Assembly (NCBI GenBank): GCA_035285545.1
Contig: JAYKGY010000070.1
Span: forward strand, 32,001 to 96,000
Direction: 5' to 3'
DNA length: 64,000 bases
DNA from: Snowella sp.
GTDB lineage: Bacteria > Cyanobacteriota > Cyanobacteriia > Cyanobacteriales > Microcystaceae
The translations under genes and the position numbers were made by a program. The notes under the pieces were generated by a model. It did no database searches. It was not told where the DNA came from and worked only from the letters and a program-made list of their open reading frames with translations. The stretch's first letter is position 1, and each line of letters begins with the position of its first letter. Positions 22,860-33,024 of the stretch are shown here, one piece after another.

Positions 22860-24233
22860 TTAATATTTTATAGTTTGAAGCAGTGGAATAAGGGATAAAT
22901 TAGGTTGACAGCAATAATCTAATAATTCTTCAATATCTTTGACAGTAAAAATAGGAACTTTAAGCGCACAAGCTACATCCTCAACCGTCAGATCATCCAA
23001 GAACTTTGTATCCTCATGTTTGAGCATTAAAGACGGTAATAAAATTCCTTGTCCCAAATCTTTATCTTTTAATCCGTCAATTAAATCTTGGCCTGTTAAT
23101 AAACCTGTGACGGTAATTTCTTGTCCCCAATAATGACTCCGTAAAGGGGCTAAGGTAATCTTTAATCCTTCCACTTGATTTAATCGATTGACTAACGGTT
23201 CAAAGGCTTTTTCGACTGCATTGCCGACGACCCAGATTAGCTGTTTGGGTTGCTCAATTCGTTGGGGTAATTTACTTTCAGCCAGATCGATAAAATGTTT
23301 AATAAATTGACGAATAGAACCCACTCCATTACCGATTTGGGGATAGTCTTCGTAGTGGGATTCGGGCGGTAATTCAGTTTGGGCGATTAGAAACCATTCA
23401 TCCGCTAACCAGGCAAAATGACTTTTAAACTTTTTCTGAAATTTAACTTGTAACGCTTGGACTTGTTCAATGACTTCCAAGGCTTTTTCTCGACTAACGG
23501 GAATTAATTCATCTTCAACGGGGCGAAAACGGGTTAACCCAACAGGAACGACTGCTGCCGAAATGACGGTGGGAATCTCACCTGAATGGAAGTTAGCTAA
23601 ATCCAGTAAGGTTCTTTCTAAATGGATGCCGTCGTTAATGCCTGGACAAACAACCACTTGGGCATGAATTTGTAAACGTCTTTCTTGGAACCATTTTAAG
23701 TGATCCAATAATTGCCCTGCCCGTTGATTTTTGAGTAAGCGAATTCTAATATCTGGTTCCGTTGCATGGACAGAAACATAGAGGGGAGAAAGGCGCATTT
23801 GCTCGATGCGTTGCCATTCTTTTTGACTTAAATTAGTGAGGGTTAAATAACTACCGTAAAGAAAACTGAGGCGATAATCATCATCTTTTAAATACAAACT
23901 TTCCCGTTTGCCAGGGGGCTGTTGATCAATAAAACAAAAAGGACAGCGATTATTACATTGAATTAAATTATCAAATAGAGCGGTTTCAAAACTTAAACCC
24001 AGATCTTCATCGCAATCTTTTTCAATTTCCAGGTGGTGGGTTTTCCCTTTGCTATCTAATACTTCTAATTCTAAATATTCATCGGCACAGAGAAATTGAT
24101 AGTCAATTAAATCCCTGGGTCTCATGCCATTAATGGACACGATCGCGTCACCTGGTTCAAAGCCCATTTCTTCCGCGATCGAATCAGGCATTACGGCATT
24201 AATTTTGGCAGGTCGAATCGCGATTTCACTCAT
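22860..24233 (-). CDS. PDZ + radical SAM-like protein (TIGR03279/DUF512 family)
   Basis: N-terminal PDZ-like segment; CNNRCPFC (CxxxCxxC); KDDDYRLSFLYG. Confidence 0.9.
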   Translation of the reverse strand: MSEIAIRPAKINAVMPDSIAEEMGFEPGDAIVSINGMRPRDLIDYQFLCADEYLELEVLDSKGKTHHLEIEKDCDEDLGLSFETALFDNLIQCNNRCPFCFIDQQPPGKRESLYLKDDDYRLSFLYGSYLTLTNLSQKEWQRIEQMRLSPLYVSVHATEPDIRIRLLKNQRAGQLLDHLKWFQERRLQIHAQVVVCPGINDGIHLERTLLDLANFHSGEIPTVISAAVVPVGLTRFRPVEDELIPVSREKALEVIEQVQALQVKFQKKFKSHFAWLADEWFLIAQTELPPESHYEDYPQIGNGVGSIRQFIKHFIDLAESKLPQRIEQPKQLIWVVGNAVEKAFEPLVNRLNQVEGLKITLAPLRSHYWGQEITVTGLLTGQDLIDGLKDKDLGQGILLPSLMLKHEDTKFLDDLTVEDVACALKVPIFTVKDIEELLDYCCQPNLSLIPLLQTIKY

Positions 24234-24275
24234 AGTATGCTGACAATGGTTTGCCTATTTCCACAATTTGAGATC

Positions 24276-24357
24276 GCCCCCTAAATCCCCCAATACTGGG
24301 GGACTGTACGAACATTGTAATCCCTAAGTTCCTCCAAAGCTGGGGGGCTAGGGGGGC
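24276..24357. repeat. Small dispersed GC-rich palindromic element (inverted pair)
   Basis: GCCCCCTAAATCCCCCAATACTGGGGGACT ... AGTTCCTCCAAAGCTGGGGGGCTAGGGGGGC. Confidence 0.75.
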
Positions 24358-24364
24358 AAAAACA

Positions 24365-26476
24365 TTAAGCTTCTACCAACTCATAGGGACGGGTCAACCG
24401 ATCCAACTGTTGTACCAAAAGACTGAGGAATAGACCCACATCGGTTACCACACCAATGGACTCGACGGAACCGCGATCGCTGAGTTTGGTAACAACGGCT
24501 GGATTAATATCTACACAAACCATTTTCACGCCCGCAGGAGTCATATTTCCCACGCCAATGGAGTGCAACATACTCGACAGCATTAACACCATATCGGCTC
24601 CCTGGAGCAACTCAGCGTAACGGCTTTGGGCTTGGATCAGATCCATGATGGTGTCGGGTAAGGGGCCATCATCCCGAATCGAACCGGCCAGGGCAAAGGG
24701 GATATCATTTTTCACACATTCGTACATTACGCCTTTGGTGACTAACCCTTTTTCAACCGCATTAGCGATACTGCCATAACGACGAATGGTATTAATCACT
24801 TTTAGGTGGTGACGATGGCCGCCACGCACAGGAATGCCCCGTTGCATATCAACTCCCAAGGAAGTTCCCATCATGGCTTGTTCCATATCGTGAACCGCGA
24901 TCGCGTTACCGCCTAAGAGAGCATGGACATAGCCGCCCCGAATTAAACGGGATAAATGTTGCGCTCCCCCAGTATGAATCACCACAGGCCCCGCCGTTAC
25001 GATGATTTTTCCACCCTGGTCACGAATTTGGCGCATTTCCCAGGCGATCTGTTCAACCAGTAATTCCACCCGTCGTTCGCTAGAAACCCCCGATCCCATA
25101 AAGGAGAATTCTTTGCTTTCTTTGCGATTATTATCGTGGGACTCAACTTTTTTCACTGTCCGAATCCCTTCTACACCGACCATCACGCGATCGCCGGCTT
25201 TGAGGTCTCGTAATAAAACACATTCCGCACTGAGATTATCGTAGTTCACCCGAATGGCTGCATCCATGCGTTGATTTTGTACCCGTACCCATTCGCAATT
25301 TACCCGAACTTCCGTGGGATAAATGGTACTGACATAAAAATCATCGGGAGCAACCCCATCTTGGGCCACTACAGCGGTATTAATATCACAGAGTTCCTGA
25401 GGGGGAGGAACCGCTCCCAAATCGATCAACTCGGTCATGATTTCTTCGAGGATCTGATGGGAAGGCGCGGAAACCCGAACTTCTGCACTGGAAATACTAT
25501 TGCGCTCTACCCCTAAATTAAAGTTGAGAACCCGGAAACTGCCGCTATTTTCAACCACTAAATCTAAGGCTTGATTGAGTAACCCCGCATCTAATAAATG
25601 ACCTTCCATGCGGATCACACGACTTTCAATGGTGACATTGGCGTGAACATCTTCCAGAATTGGCTCGGTTACTCGCAGGGTTAAACATTTAGCCGCTCCC
25701 CCTGCCTTTAAAAATTCACTTAAGGGTGTTTCGATTACCTGAAAGCCAGCCGCTGCCAAGTTCTTTTTCAATCCATCGCTGATTTGATTCATGACAATGG
25801 TATTGCCCACATTAACCGCATTGCAGGCAAAACAAACCGCATCAGCCTCCTCGACAATAATGCGTTTTTCTTCAGGAATTCGCATTTCAATGACGCGATT
25901 AGAGTAGGAATCAAAAGCAGGCGGATAGTAGAGTAAATAGCCGCCCGTTAAGGGACAAAAACAGGTATCTAAGTGATAAAAACGCTCATCAATGAGGCGT
26001 AGAGAAACCACTTCGGTATCTAACCATTTAGCAATATAGGGATGGGAATCCAATTCCGAACGGAAGCCATAGCCCGCCCATAACCAGCGACCTTCGCGAT
26101 CAAACAGGGCATCGCCTGCTCCTTCAAAAGGCAGATCCTGGGGCAACTCGTAAACGGTAAAGCCATTGGCTTCAAACCAAGCTTTGAAATAGGGTTCTTC
26201 CCCTTGACGTTCTTTGTGAAAAAAGCGGCTCAGTACCACGTTATCGCCTAAAACCAACCCTGCATTAGCGGTAAAGACCATATCGGGCCAGCCTTTTGCG
26301 GGTTCGACTAAATCTACAATGGCCAATTCTTTTAATACATGGTGGAGTTTTTGCCATTGTTCTACAGCGCGATCGCGGGAAGACTTGTGAATATTGCCCT
26401 CCATCCAAGGATTAATCACATAATCCACGTCGTAGTGGTCAGGAGGACACATTAATATACGGATAGCATCAGTCAT
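24365..26476 (-). CDS. argZ: Arginine dihydrolase / ornithine cyclodeaminase ArgZ (AgrE)
   Basis: Amidinotransferase domain (INPWM, DMVFTANAG, EGAGD, YHLDTC, GGAAKC) fused to a LOR/SDH TIGR00300 domain; 703 aa. Confidence 0.93.
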   Translation of the reverse strand: MTDAIRILMCPPDHYDVDYVINPWMEGNIHKSSRDRAVEQWQKLHHVLKELAIVDLVEPAKGWPDMVFTANAGLVLGDNVVLSRFFHKERQGEEPYFKAWFEANGFTVYELPQDLPFEGAGDALFDREGRWLWAGYGFRSELDSHPYIAKWLDTEVVSLRLIDERFYHLDTCFCPLTGGYLLYYPPAFDSYSNRVIEMRIPEEKRIIVEEADAVCFACNAVNVGNTIVMNQISDGLKKNLAAAGFQVIETPLSEFLKAGGAAKCLTLRVTEPILEDVHANVTIESRVIRMEGHLLDAGLLNQALDLVVENSGSFRVLNFNLGVERNSISSAEVRVSAPSHQILEEIMTELIDLGAVPPPQELCDINTAVVAQDGVAPDDFYVSTIYPTEVRVNCEWVRVQNQRMDAAIRVNYDNLSAECVLLRDLKAGDRVMVGVEGIRTVKKVESHDNNRKESKEFSFMGSGVSSERRVELLVEQIAWEMRQIRDQGGKIIVTAGPVVIHTGGAQHLSRLIRGGYVHALLGGNAIAVHDMEQAMMGTSLGVDMQRGIPVRGGHRHHLKVINTIRRYGSIANAVEKGLVTKGVMYECVKNDIPFALAGSIRDDGPLPDTIMDLIQAQSRYAELLQGADMVLMLSSMLHSIGVGNMTPAGVKMVCVDINPAVVTKLSDRGSVESIGVVTDVGLFLSLLVQQLDRLTRPYELVEA

Positions 26477-27104
26477 AGGGGTTTTAAGTTGAGATAATCA
26501 ATATTGAGAATGATTTTTTAGGTCTGGATTTCGCGATCGCGTTGAATAACTTCTGAACATTTAGCCGACAAACCAATTGCTGATCCTATCATATCCAAAT
26601 CTACTTTTTCGTAAGATTTTTTTTAATACTTTTTTTGCATTATTTTGTTGTAAAAAGTACAATTGAGAATCCTTTCTCTATAAATGGAAGTCTGACGGGA
26701 AGTATCGAAACGGTTAATCACGCTTAAAAGGGGCTATCCTCTTAAGTCTTTTCAATTATTTATTTGTAGACTTTTTTAGATTAATTTGCAATTATAAAGG
26801 GATTCAGCTTGGGGTATAAAGCTCAAAAAGATTTTACATTTTATTTAGTTGCTCTACTTAAAAAAACTAAATACAAAAGATTTTTGCAGAAAAAAGAATT
26901 TTGGTTTTAGCAGTAGAATCCGTTTTAAAAATTCAGTTAATTAGCTTACTAGATTCACTCAATTTGCTTCAAGGGAATCGTTTAAACGCTAGAAAAATCC
27001 CTCTTTATGTTGAGGCTTTAAGGCTGAATTTTCTTGCCCCAGGGAGAGGAACTTGGGCGAAGACCGACTTAGCCTAAAAATAAAGCGATAAGGACTATCT
27101 CACT

Positions 27105-27641
27105 ATGACTACATTTGTTGAAAAAATCGAAAGATCAAACGATAATCCGAGAGATCCAAGAAATCGTGAGGTTATTTTACCTGCGCCCGATCCTTACAAT
27201 AGCAATCTAGCAACCCCCATTAATTCTTCTCCGCTGGTTAAAGCTTTTATTAATAATTTGCCTGCCTATCGCCAAGGATTATCTCCCTTTCGCAGAGGAT
27301 TAGAGGTCGGTTTAGCCCACGGTTATTGGCTAATTGGGCCATTTTTTGAATTTAATCCGTTACGCTTAAGCCATCAAGGGGCATTGGTTGCGCTCCTTTC
27401 TACCTTCGGTTTAATTGTGATTTCCACCGGCGCGATCGCGCTTTATGCCGCCAGTAATCCTCCTAATCCAACGGCAACCATTACAGCACCTAATCCGCCT
27501 GAAGCCTTTAATCGTCCCGATGGTTGGTTTAGCTATGCCAAAGGATTTTTGGTCGGCGGTCTTGGCGGTTCGCTCTTTGCCTATCTCATTTTGACCAATG
27601 TGGATGTCTTTAAAAATGCCTTGAGTTTTGCAGGTTTCTAA
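27105..27641 (+). CDS. psaL: Photosystem I subunit XI PsaL (standalone copy)
   Basis: LATPINSS...NNLPAYRQGLSPFRRGLEVGLAHGY. Confidence 0.95.
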   Translation: MTTFVEKIERSNDNPRDPRNREVILPAPDPYNSNLATPINSSPLVKAFINNLPAYRQGLSPFRRGLEVGLAHGYWLIGPFFEFNPLRLSHQGALVALLSTFGLIVISTGAIALYAASNPPNPTATITAPNPPEAFNRPDGWFSYAKGFLVGGLGGSLFAYLILTNVDVFKNALSFAGF

Positions 27642-27655
27642 TGAGTAATACGCCT

Positions 27656-27677
27656 GGGCGTAGCCAATACGCCCCTA
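27656..27677. repeat. REP-like hairpin GGGCGTA-gccaa-TACGCCCCTA, possibly a bidirectional terminator
   Basis: Perfect 7-bp stem between convergent psaL and glcF. Confidence 0.55.
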
Positions 27678-27693
27678 TTCCTTGACAGCACGA

Positions 27694-29067
27694 TTAGTTT
27701 TCAAGTTTAACGCCGCGAATCGCATAATCTAATAACTGCATGGGGTGATAAAGCGGAACCGATTTGCCCTGCTGTTGTAAATGTTTTTGAATTTGCAAAG
27801 AACAGCCTGGATTGGATGATGCAATTAAATTTGCGCCTGTATTCAGTAAGTTTCTCACTTTTAGTTGACCAAGTTCTTCCGCGACATCAGGTTGCAACAT
27901 ATTGTAAACCCCTGCACTGCCGCAACATAACGCCGCATCAACGGATTCTTTTAAGGTCACATTGGGAATTTTGGCTAATAATTGACGGGGTTGTACACTG
28001 ATTTTTTGTCCATGTAATAAATGGCAGGCATCTTGGTAGGCGATCGCGATTTTGTCATCGGTAATGGGAGATAGCTCAGCAGTAAAACCCACTTCTACCA
28101 AAAACTCTTGAATATCGCGAACCTTAGCCACAAATTCTTTAGCTTTTTCCGCATAAATGGGATCATCTTGCAAAATATGGTGATATTCCTTCAAGGTATG
28201 CCCACAGCCTGCCGCGTTGATAATGATGTAATCGACCTCTGCGTCTGCAAAACTATCAATCATCTGTCTCGCTAATGCTTGAGCTTGAGCCTCTTGCCCT
28301 TGGTGAGCAGGGAGAGCCGCACAACAACCTTGGGATTTGGGAATGACGACTTCACAGCCATTGGCGGTTAAAACTCTAACCGTTGCTTCATTAACAGGGG
28401 AGAAAAAGAGCCGTTGCACACACCCCAAAATCACACCGACTCGATAGCGTTTTTCGGTTTGAGCAGGAATTTCCGTTGGATAGTTTTGTCCAAAGGATTG
28501 ACGAGTAATTTTCGGTAAAATCGATTCCATTGCAGCCAAGCGAGGAAAAAACTTTTTCAGTAAGCCTGTCGCTCGAACCAGCTTTTGTAAACCCAAGGTT
28601 TGATAAAGCCAGAAGAACGGTAACAAGACTTGCAACCGTTGAGGATAGGGAAAAAGGTTAAAAATTAAAGTTCTGATCAACCGATCAAAAATATTTCGGG
28701 GTTGATTGCGCTCGACTTGGGGACGGGTAGCGGCGATCAGTTGGTCGTATTGCACCCCAGAAGGACAAGTACTCACACAGGCCAAACACCCTAAGCAACT
28801 ATCAAAATGTTGGGTTGTGGTTTCATCTAATGCCGCTTCTCCTTTGTTGATGGCATTCATTAAATAGATCCGTCCTCTGGGAGAATCCATTTCTTTGCCA
28901 ATAACGCGATAACTAGGGCAAGTGGCTAAACAAAAACCACAATGAACACAGCTATCAATTAATTTTTGCTCAGGCGGATGTTTGCTATCAAAGCCTTTAA
29001 CTTCTTGATTTAATTGTTCTTTAAAATTAAAACTGGAGTTAGAAATAGATGTCTCGGCTGTCTGCAT
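27694..29067 (-). CDS. glcF: Glycolate oxidase iron-sulfur subunit GlcF; likely start MQTAETS at 29067
   Basis: CVHCGFCLATCP and CLGCLACVSTCP 4Fe-4S motifs plus CCG domains. Confidence 0.9.
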   Translation of the reverse strand: MQTAETSISNSSFNFKEQLNQEVKGFDSKHPPEQKLIDSCVHCGFCLATCPSYRVIGKEMDSPRGRIYLMNAINKGEAALDETTTQHFDSCLGCLACVSTCPSGVQYDQLIAATRPQVERNQPRNIFDRLIRTLIFNLFPYPQRLQVLLPFFWLYQTLGLQKLVRATGLLKKFFPRLAAMESILPKITRQSFGQNYPTEIPAQTEKRYRVGVILGCVQRLFFSPVNEATVRVLTANGCEVVIPKSQGCCAALPAHQGQEAQAQALARQMIDSFADAEVDYIIINAAGCGHTLKEYHHILQDDPIYAEKAKEFVAKVRDIQEFLVEVGFTAELSPITDDKIAIAYQDACHLLHGQKISVQPRQLLAKIPNVTLKESVDAALCCGSAGVYNMLQPDVAEELGQLKVRNLLNTGANLIASSNPGCSLQIQKHLQQQGKSVPLYHPMQLLDYAIRGVKLEN

Positions 29068-29136
29068 ATTTTTAAATTTTAATATAGTTATAAATAAGGT
29101 TTTTATCCCCATAAATTCCTCTTTGAAAGAGGGACT

Positions 29137-29448
29137 TTAAATTCTTAAATTGCTCAATTTTCGCTGAACTAGAGAAGGCGTTTCAGCTTGTTTCTGCCTT
29201 GCAAAAGCCTCATCATCATCCATTTGTTTTCTAATTTCGTCAAAATGATCATGATAATAGGATAAGGCTGCATAAACGTCAGCTAAAGAAATACTAGGAT
29301 ATTGAGATACAATTTCATCGGGAGATAAGCCTAATTTCTCATGCCAAATGACAATATCTTCCACCCTAATACGATGTCCTGCAATCCGAGGTTTTCCGCC
29401 ACAAATGCCCTCTGTAATTTCAATATGGTTAATAATTGTCGCTGTCAT
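29137..29448 (-). CDS. DUF433-domain protein (antitoxin-like)
   Basis: ICGGKPRIAGHRIRV...YPSISLADVYAALSYY. Confidence 0.9.
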   Translation of the reverse strand: MTATIINHIEITEGICGGKPRIAGHRIRVEDIVIWHEKLGLSPDEIVSQYPSISLADVYAALSYYHDHFDEIRKQMDDDEAFARQKQAETPSLVQRKLSNLRI

Positions 29449-29454
29449 AAACAG

Positions 29455-30753
29455 TTAAACACCTCCAACAAAACGTCCGGAATTAAATAAAAAATTGGGA
29501 TCAAATTTTTCTTTTAAACGACGCATTAAGGCTAATCCATTACCTTGATATCCCCACGGTTCATATTGATTTTTGATGGCTTGAGAGGCTTCTAAAATGG
29601 TTAAAAATCCTCGGTTATTTTCACAGCGCGATCGCGTCTGAAGTAATTGACTAATCTCTGAGTCCGTTTCTAATAATAAGCGACCTAAACCGCTACCCAG
29701 ATAAATCTGAGCCAAACTAGGACATTGCTGTAGAAAATTGACAACTTGATTGGGCATCATTCCTATTTTACAGGTGGCCGCCGATACGGTTGTGGGGGAT
29801 AACATACGGGTTTTCAATTGCTGCCATAGAGTCGTTTCGGATTCTTCTGTCAAAACGTTATAGGTTAGTCCGACTTTTTCGCCTAGTGTGATTAATTGCT
29901 TAGCCTGTTCATCCACACTTTCAGGAATATTTTGAAACCGAACTAATAATCCTAAATGATCACCCAAATTCAGCGATCGCATTAAGGGAGCCGATAACAC
30001 ATCCGCCGCCGTAGGAGCTAAACCTGATTGCAATAAAGCTTGGCAAGTCGTGGCTAAGGCTTGCGATTCTCCTGTTAATAAAACCGTTTTTGAGGCTTCG
30101 GGTAAGGGATACAGGCGAAAAGTAACTTGGGTAATAACGCCTAACGTGCCATAGGAACCCGTAAACAACTTCATTAAGTCGTAACCCGCCACATTTTTAA
30201 CAACTCGTCCCCCTGCTTTGGCAATCTTCCCGTCCCATCGCACAAAGGAAAAACCTAATACTAAATCCCTCACCCCTCCGTAACGTTGTCGCCAACTGCC
30301 ACTATCTGCGGTCGCCATAATGCCGCCAATGGTCGCTTGATCATCGTAGCTAGGATCAATGGGTAAAAATTGACGATGGGGGGCTAAAAATGCCTGTAAA
30401 TCTGCCAACTTAACCCCTGCTTCTACGGTAACAGTTAAATCGGCACTGGCATGGTCGATAATACGATTGAGTTTTTGGGTACTGAGGACAAGATCGGCTT
30501 TTTTCACCAATCCTCCCCAGGCTAACTTACTGCCATTGCCACAAAGCAACATTGGCCATTTGTGTTGAGAGGCTTGATTAACAATTACCGATAAGCTTTC
30601 AACCGTTGTAGGGGTTAAATACGTCTGAGGGGGATGTTGAGCCACTGCTTTCTCAATCCGAGCCTGTAACATCGGATCTAACTGTTCCCAAGTCTGAATT
30701 TCCGTTGGGCTATCCAATAAGGATTCGAGTTTAGCGGCGATCACAGCGGCCAT
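29455..30753 (-). CDS. glcE: Glycolate oxidase FAD-binding subunit GlcE
   Basis: DLTVTVEAG and GGRVVKNVAGYDLMKLFTGSYGTLG. Confidence 0.88.
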   Translation of the reverse strand: MAAVIAAKLESLLDSPTEIQTWEQLDPMLQARIEKAVAQHPPQTYLTPTTVESLSVIVNQASQHKWPMLLCGNGSKLAWGGLVKKADLVLSTQKLNRIIDHASADLTVTVEAGVKLADLQAFLAPHRQFLPIDPSYDDQATIGGIMATADSGSWRQRYGGVRDLVLGFSFVRWDGKIAKAGGRVVKNVAGYDLMKLFTGSYGTLGVITQVTFRLYPLPEASKTVLLTGESQALATTCQALLQSGLAPTAADVLSAPLMRSLNLGDHLGLLVRFQNIPESVDEQAKQLITLGEKVGLTYNVLTEESETTLWQQLKTRMLSPTTVSAATCKIGMMPNQVVNFLQQCPSLAQIYLGSGLGRLLLETDSEISQLLQTRSRCENNRGFLTILEASQAIKNQYEPWGYQGNGLALMRRLKEKFDPNFLFNSGRFVGGV

Positions 30754-30960
30754 AGAGAGCTGATGACAAAATAGGTATTCACAGCTTACCCTATCATGAT
30801 CGCTATCATTGTCGATAGCGTGGTCAACAGGGTCTAAACACTAAAAATTAACCTGGTCTCATGCCAAATTAATTCATTGAAAGCAGTAATAAGATAATCC
30901 ATGCCATCCCCCCTAGCTCCTTTGAGCAGCAATTAATCCCTATTTGGGGATCAGTCATGG

Positions 30961-32091
30961 CTATTCTTCCCAGAGAGAACGTCCTAGCGCGATCGCCGCA
31001 TTTTGACCCCCAAAGCCAAAACTTAAGCAGAGAGCATGATTAATGTGGGCTTGTTGAGATTCTCTGACTAAATTTAAACGAAATTCGGTTTGATTTAACC
31101 CAACACAGGGAGATAAACGCTGATTTTTTAACGCCATTAAGCTAAAAGCCACACTTAACGCCCCTGAAGCTCCTAACGTATGACCTGTCGCGCCTTTACT
31201 AGAGGTTACTGCAATAGTTTTGGCAAAAAGAGATTGAATTAAGGCAGCTTCTCGGCGATCGTTGAGTTGGGTTCCTGTTCCATGAGCATGGATAAACTGC
31301 ACATCATTAGGGCTTAAGTCACTCCGTTGTAAACACTGTTTAATGGCGATCTGGGCACTGCAATTATCCTCTGCCGGTGCGCTAACATGACTGGCATCAC
31401 AGCTAAATCCCCACCCCTTAATTGTTCCGTAACTCTTGGCATTTCGTTTGTTGGCAACTTCAGCAGACTCTAAAATGAAGACGGCTCCCCCTTCTCCGAG
31501 TGCTAATCCCTCCCGCTGCTGATCAAAGGGATAACAACCCGTTTTTGCCAAAGCTCCCATTTGCTGAAATCCGGCTAAGGTTAATGGGGTAATGGGGACT
31601 TCGATCGCGCCTGCTATCGCTCGTTCACACCGTCCCTGTCGTATCAAATCACAGCCTTGACTAATGGCTAAAATTCCCGTTGCACAAGCGGCCATTGGGG
31701 ATAACGCAATTTCTTGGCTGCCAATCTGTCGAACGGTCGCGATCGCGCCTTGATGGGGAAAGGTTTCTAACCAATTTGTTGTGATCGCATAGGGAGGCGT
31801 AGCCATCTGTTCCCAAAGACCTTGGCAACCGCGACTTGAACCAATGACGACCCCGCAAGTTGTCAACGGAGCCGTTAACTGAGCATCCTGAAGCGCGTCT
31901 TGAACAATGAGGTGTATTAATGGATTTAACGATGACGGTTCCTTTCCCATCATTCCCAAGGGAAGCGGCCGAAACGGGTTAAAAGGTCGATGTAATTGAA
32001 TTCCCGACTTGCCTTGAATTAAACGGCTCCAACTGTCCGTTAAATTTCCTAACGCCGATCGTAAACCAATTCCTGTGACGACAATATCCAA
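30961..32091 (-). CDS. Beta-ketoacyl-ACP synthase-like protein (FabF paralog; TTG start)
   Basis: MAACATG (catalytic Cys), HAHGTGT, KGATGHTLGASG and SFGFGGQN. Confidence 0.88.
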   Translation of the reverse strand: MDIVVTGIGLRSALGNLTDSWSRLIQGKSGIQLHRPFNPFRPLPLGMMGKEPSSLNPLIHLIVQDALQDAQLTAPLTTCGVVIGSSRGCQGLWEQMATPPYAITTNWLETFPHQGAIATVRQIGSQEIALSPMAACATGILAISQGCDLIRQGRCERAIAGAIEVPITPLTLAGFQQMGALAKTGCYPFDQQREGLALGEGGAVFILESAEVANKRNAKSYGTIKGWGFSCDASHVSAPAEDNCSAQIAIKQCLQRSDLSPNDVQFIHAHGTGTQLNDRREAALIQSLFAKTIAVTSSKGATGHTLGASGALSVAFSLMALKNQRLSPCVGLNQTEFRLNLVRESQQAHINHALCLSFGFGGQNAAIALGRSLWEE

Positions 32092-32350
32092 GGCTAATTG
32101 ATCTGCTTAAAGCAATTTACAGCAATAGTTGATAAATTCAGAAATTAAGGGTTAATTCACTAATCCCAATTAACTTAAATAAAATTGTTAATAGACTAAC
32201 TTTGATCCGCCCTAGCCCCCTTTCAAAGGTTAGAATCCGAAAGCGGAGGGATTAAGCCAATAAACATTGTTTTATGCAAATGGGTATAACGTTTTAACCC
32301 CTAATCTTCGATTAAGACGATGTTTTTAGGATAAAGTCAAAAATTATGGT

Positions 32351-32752
32351 CTAAACTCCCCGTTCAATGGCAGCCGAAGCTTGCTTAAATTCCATTTTCA
32401 ACCGATTTTTCAGCTTTTCAGGAATAGGACGAGTACCATAGGCGGTATAGTAACCTGCCAAGGAATTGAGGGCAGTTTGCATTGTGGTAAAGGAACGCAG
32501 CCCCCCTGATTTGGTTTCGCGGCGATAACGGGAAATATAGTCGTTAATTTGCTCCCTCGCCTGGGCTTGTACTTCCGATGCGTTAGGCGCATCACTCGGT
32601 AAATCGAGGGCCGTGGTTAAGGTTTCAATCACCGTCAAAGTGTCTTGGTTATAGTTACCCGTAAGTCCGGTGGCACTAGAACAGCCCGTCAAGCCGATAA
32701 CGACGACCAAAACCAGAGCCAATAGACGAGACCAATAATTTTTAAAAGACAT
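32351..32752 (-). CDS. psb27: Photosystem II assembly lipoprotein Psb27
   Basis: LTGC lipobox; SFTTMQTALNSLAGYY. Confidence 0.95.
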   Translation of the reverse strand: MSFKNYWSRLLALVLVVVIGLTGCSSATGLTGNYNQDTLTVIETLTTALDLPSDAPNASEVQAQAREQINDYISRYRRETKSGGLRSFTTMQTALNSLAGYYTAYGTRPIPEKLKNRLKMEFKQASAAIERGV

Positions 32753-33024
32753 AATTTTACGATTTATTCCTTAATTTATGATCAGAAATTCCTTTATCCT
32801 ATCAGGATCTCGTGCTAAATTTTTGAACTGATGCTGAGCGTGTGGCATGGGGATTGATGGCACAAGATTAGAGTTTGGGTCGTTTAAGTCGTGGATTACG
32901 GCCCTTGCTGTACGGTTTTGCCCTCGCTAATTGTTTAAATTTAGTGTTACAAAAGAAATATTGACGATTTATCTAGCACGATTGTCTCTATTAGTCTCAT
33001 TACACATTTTTTTACTCAACCGCT

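Noticed and set aside
26477..26700. NtcA site upstream of argZ
   Set aside because: GTA...TAC pairs are present but spaced by 13 or 5 nt rather than 8
30753..30961. PsrR1 sRNA, expected near the fabF-like gene by analogy with Synechocystis
   Set aside because: No sequence resembling its conserved core was recognised in this gap
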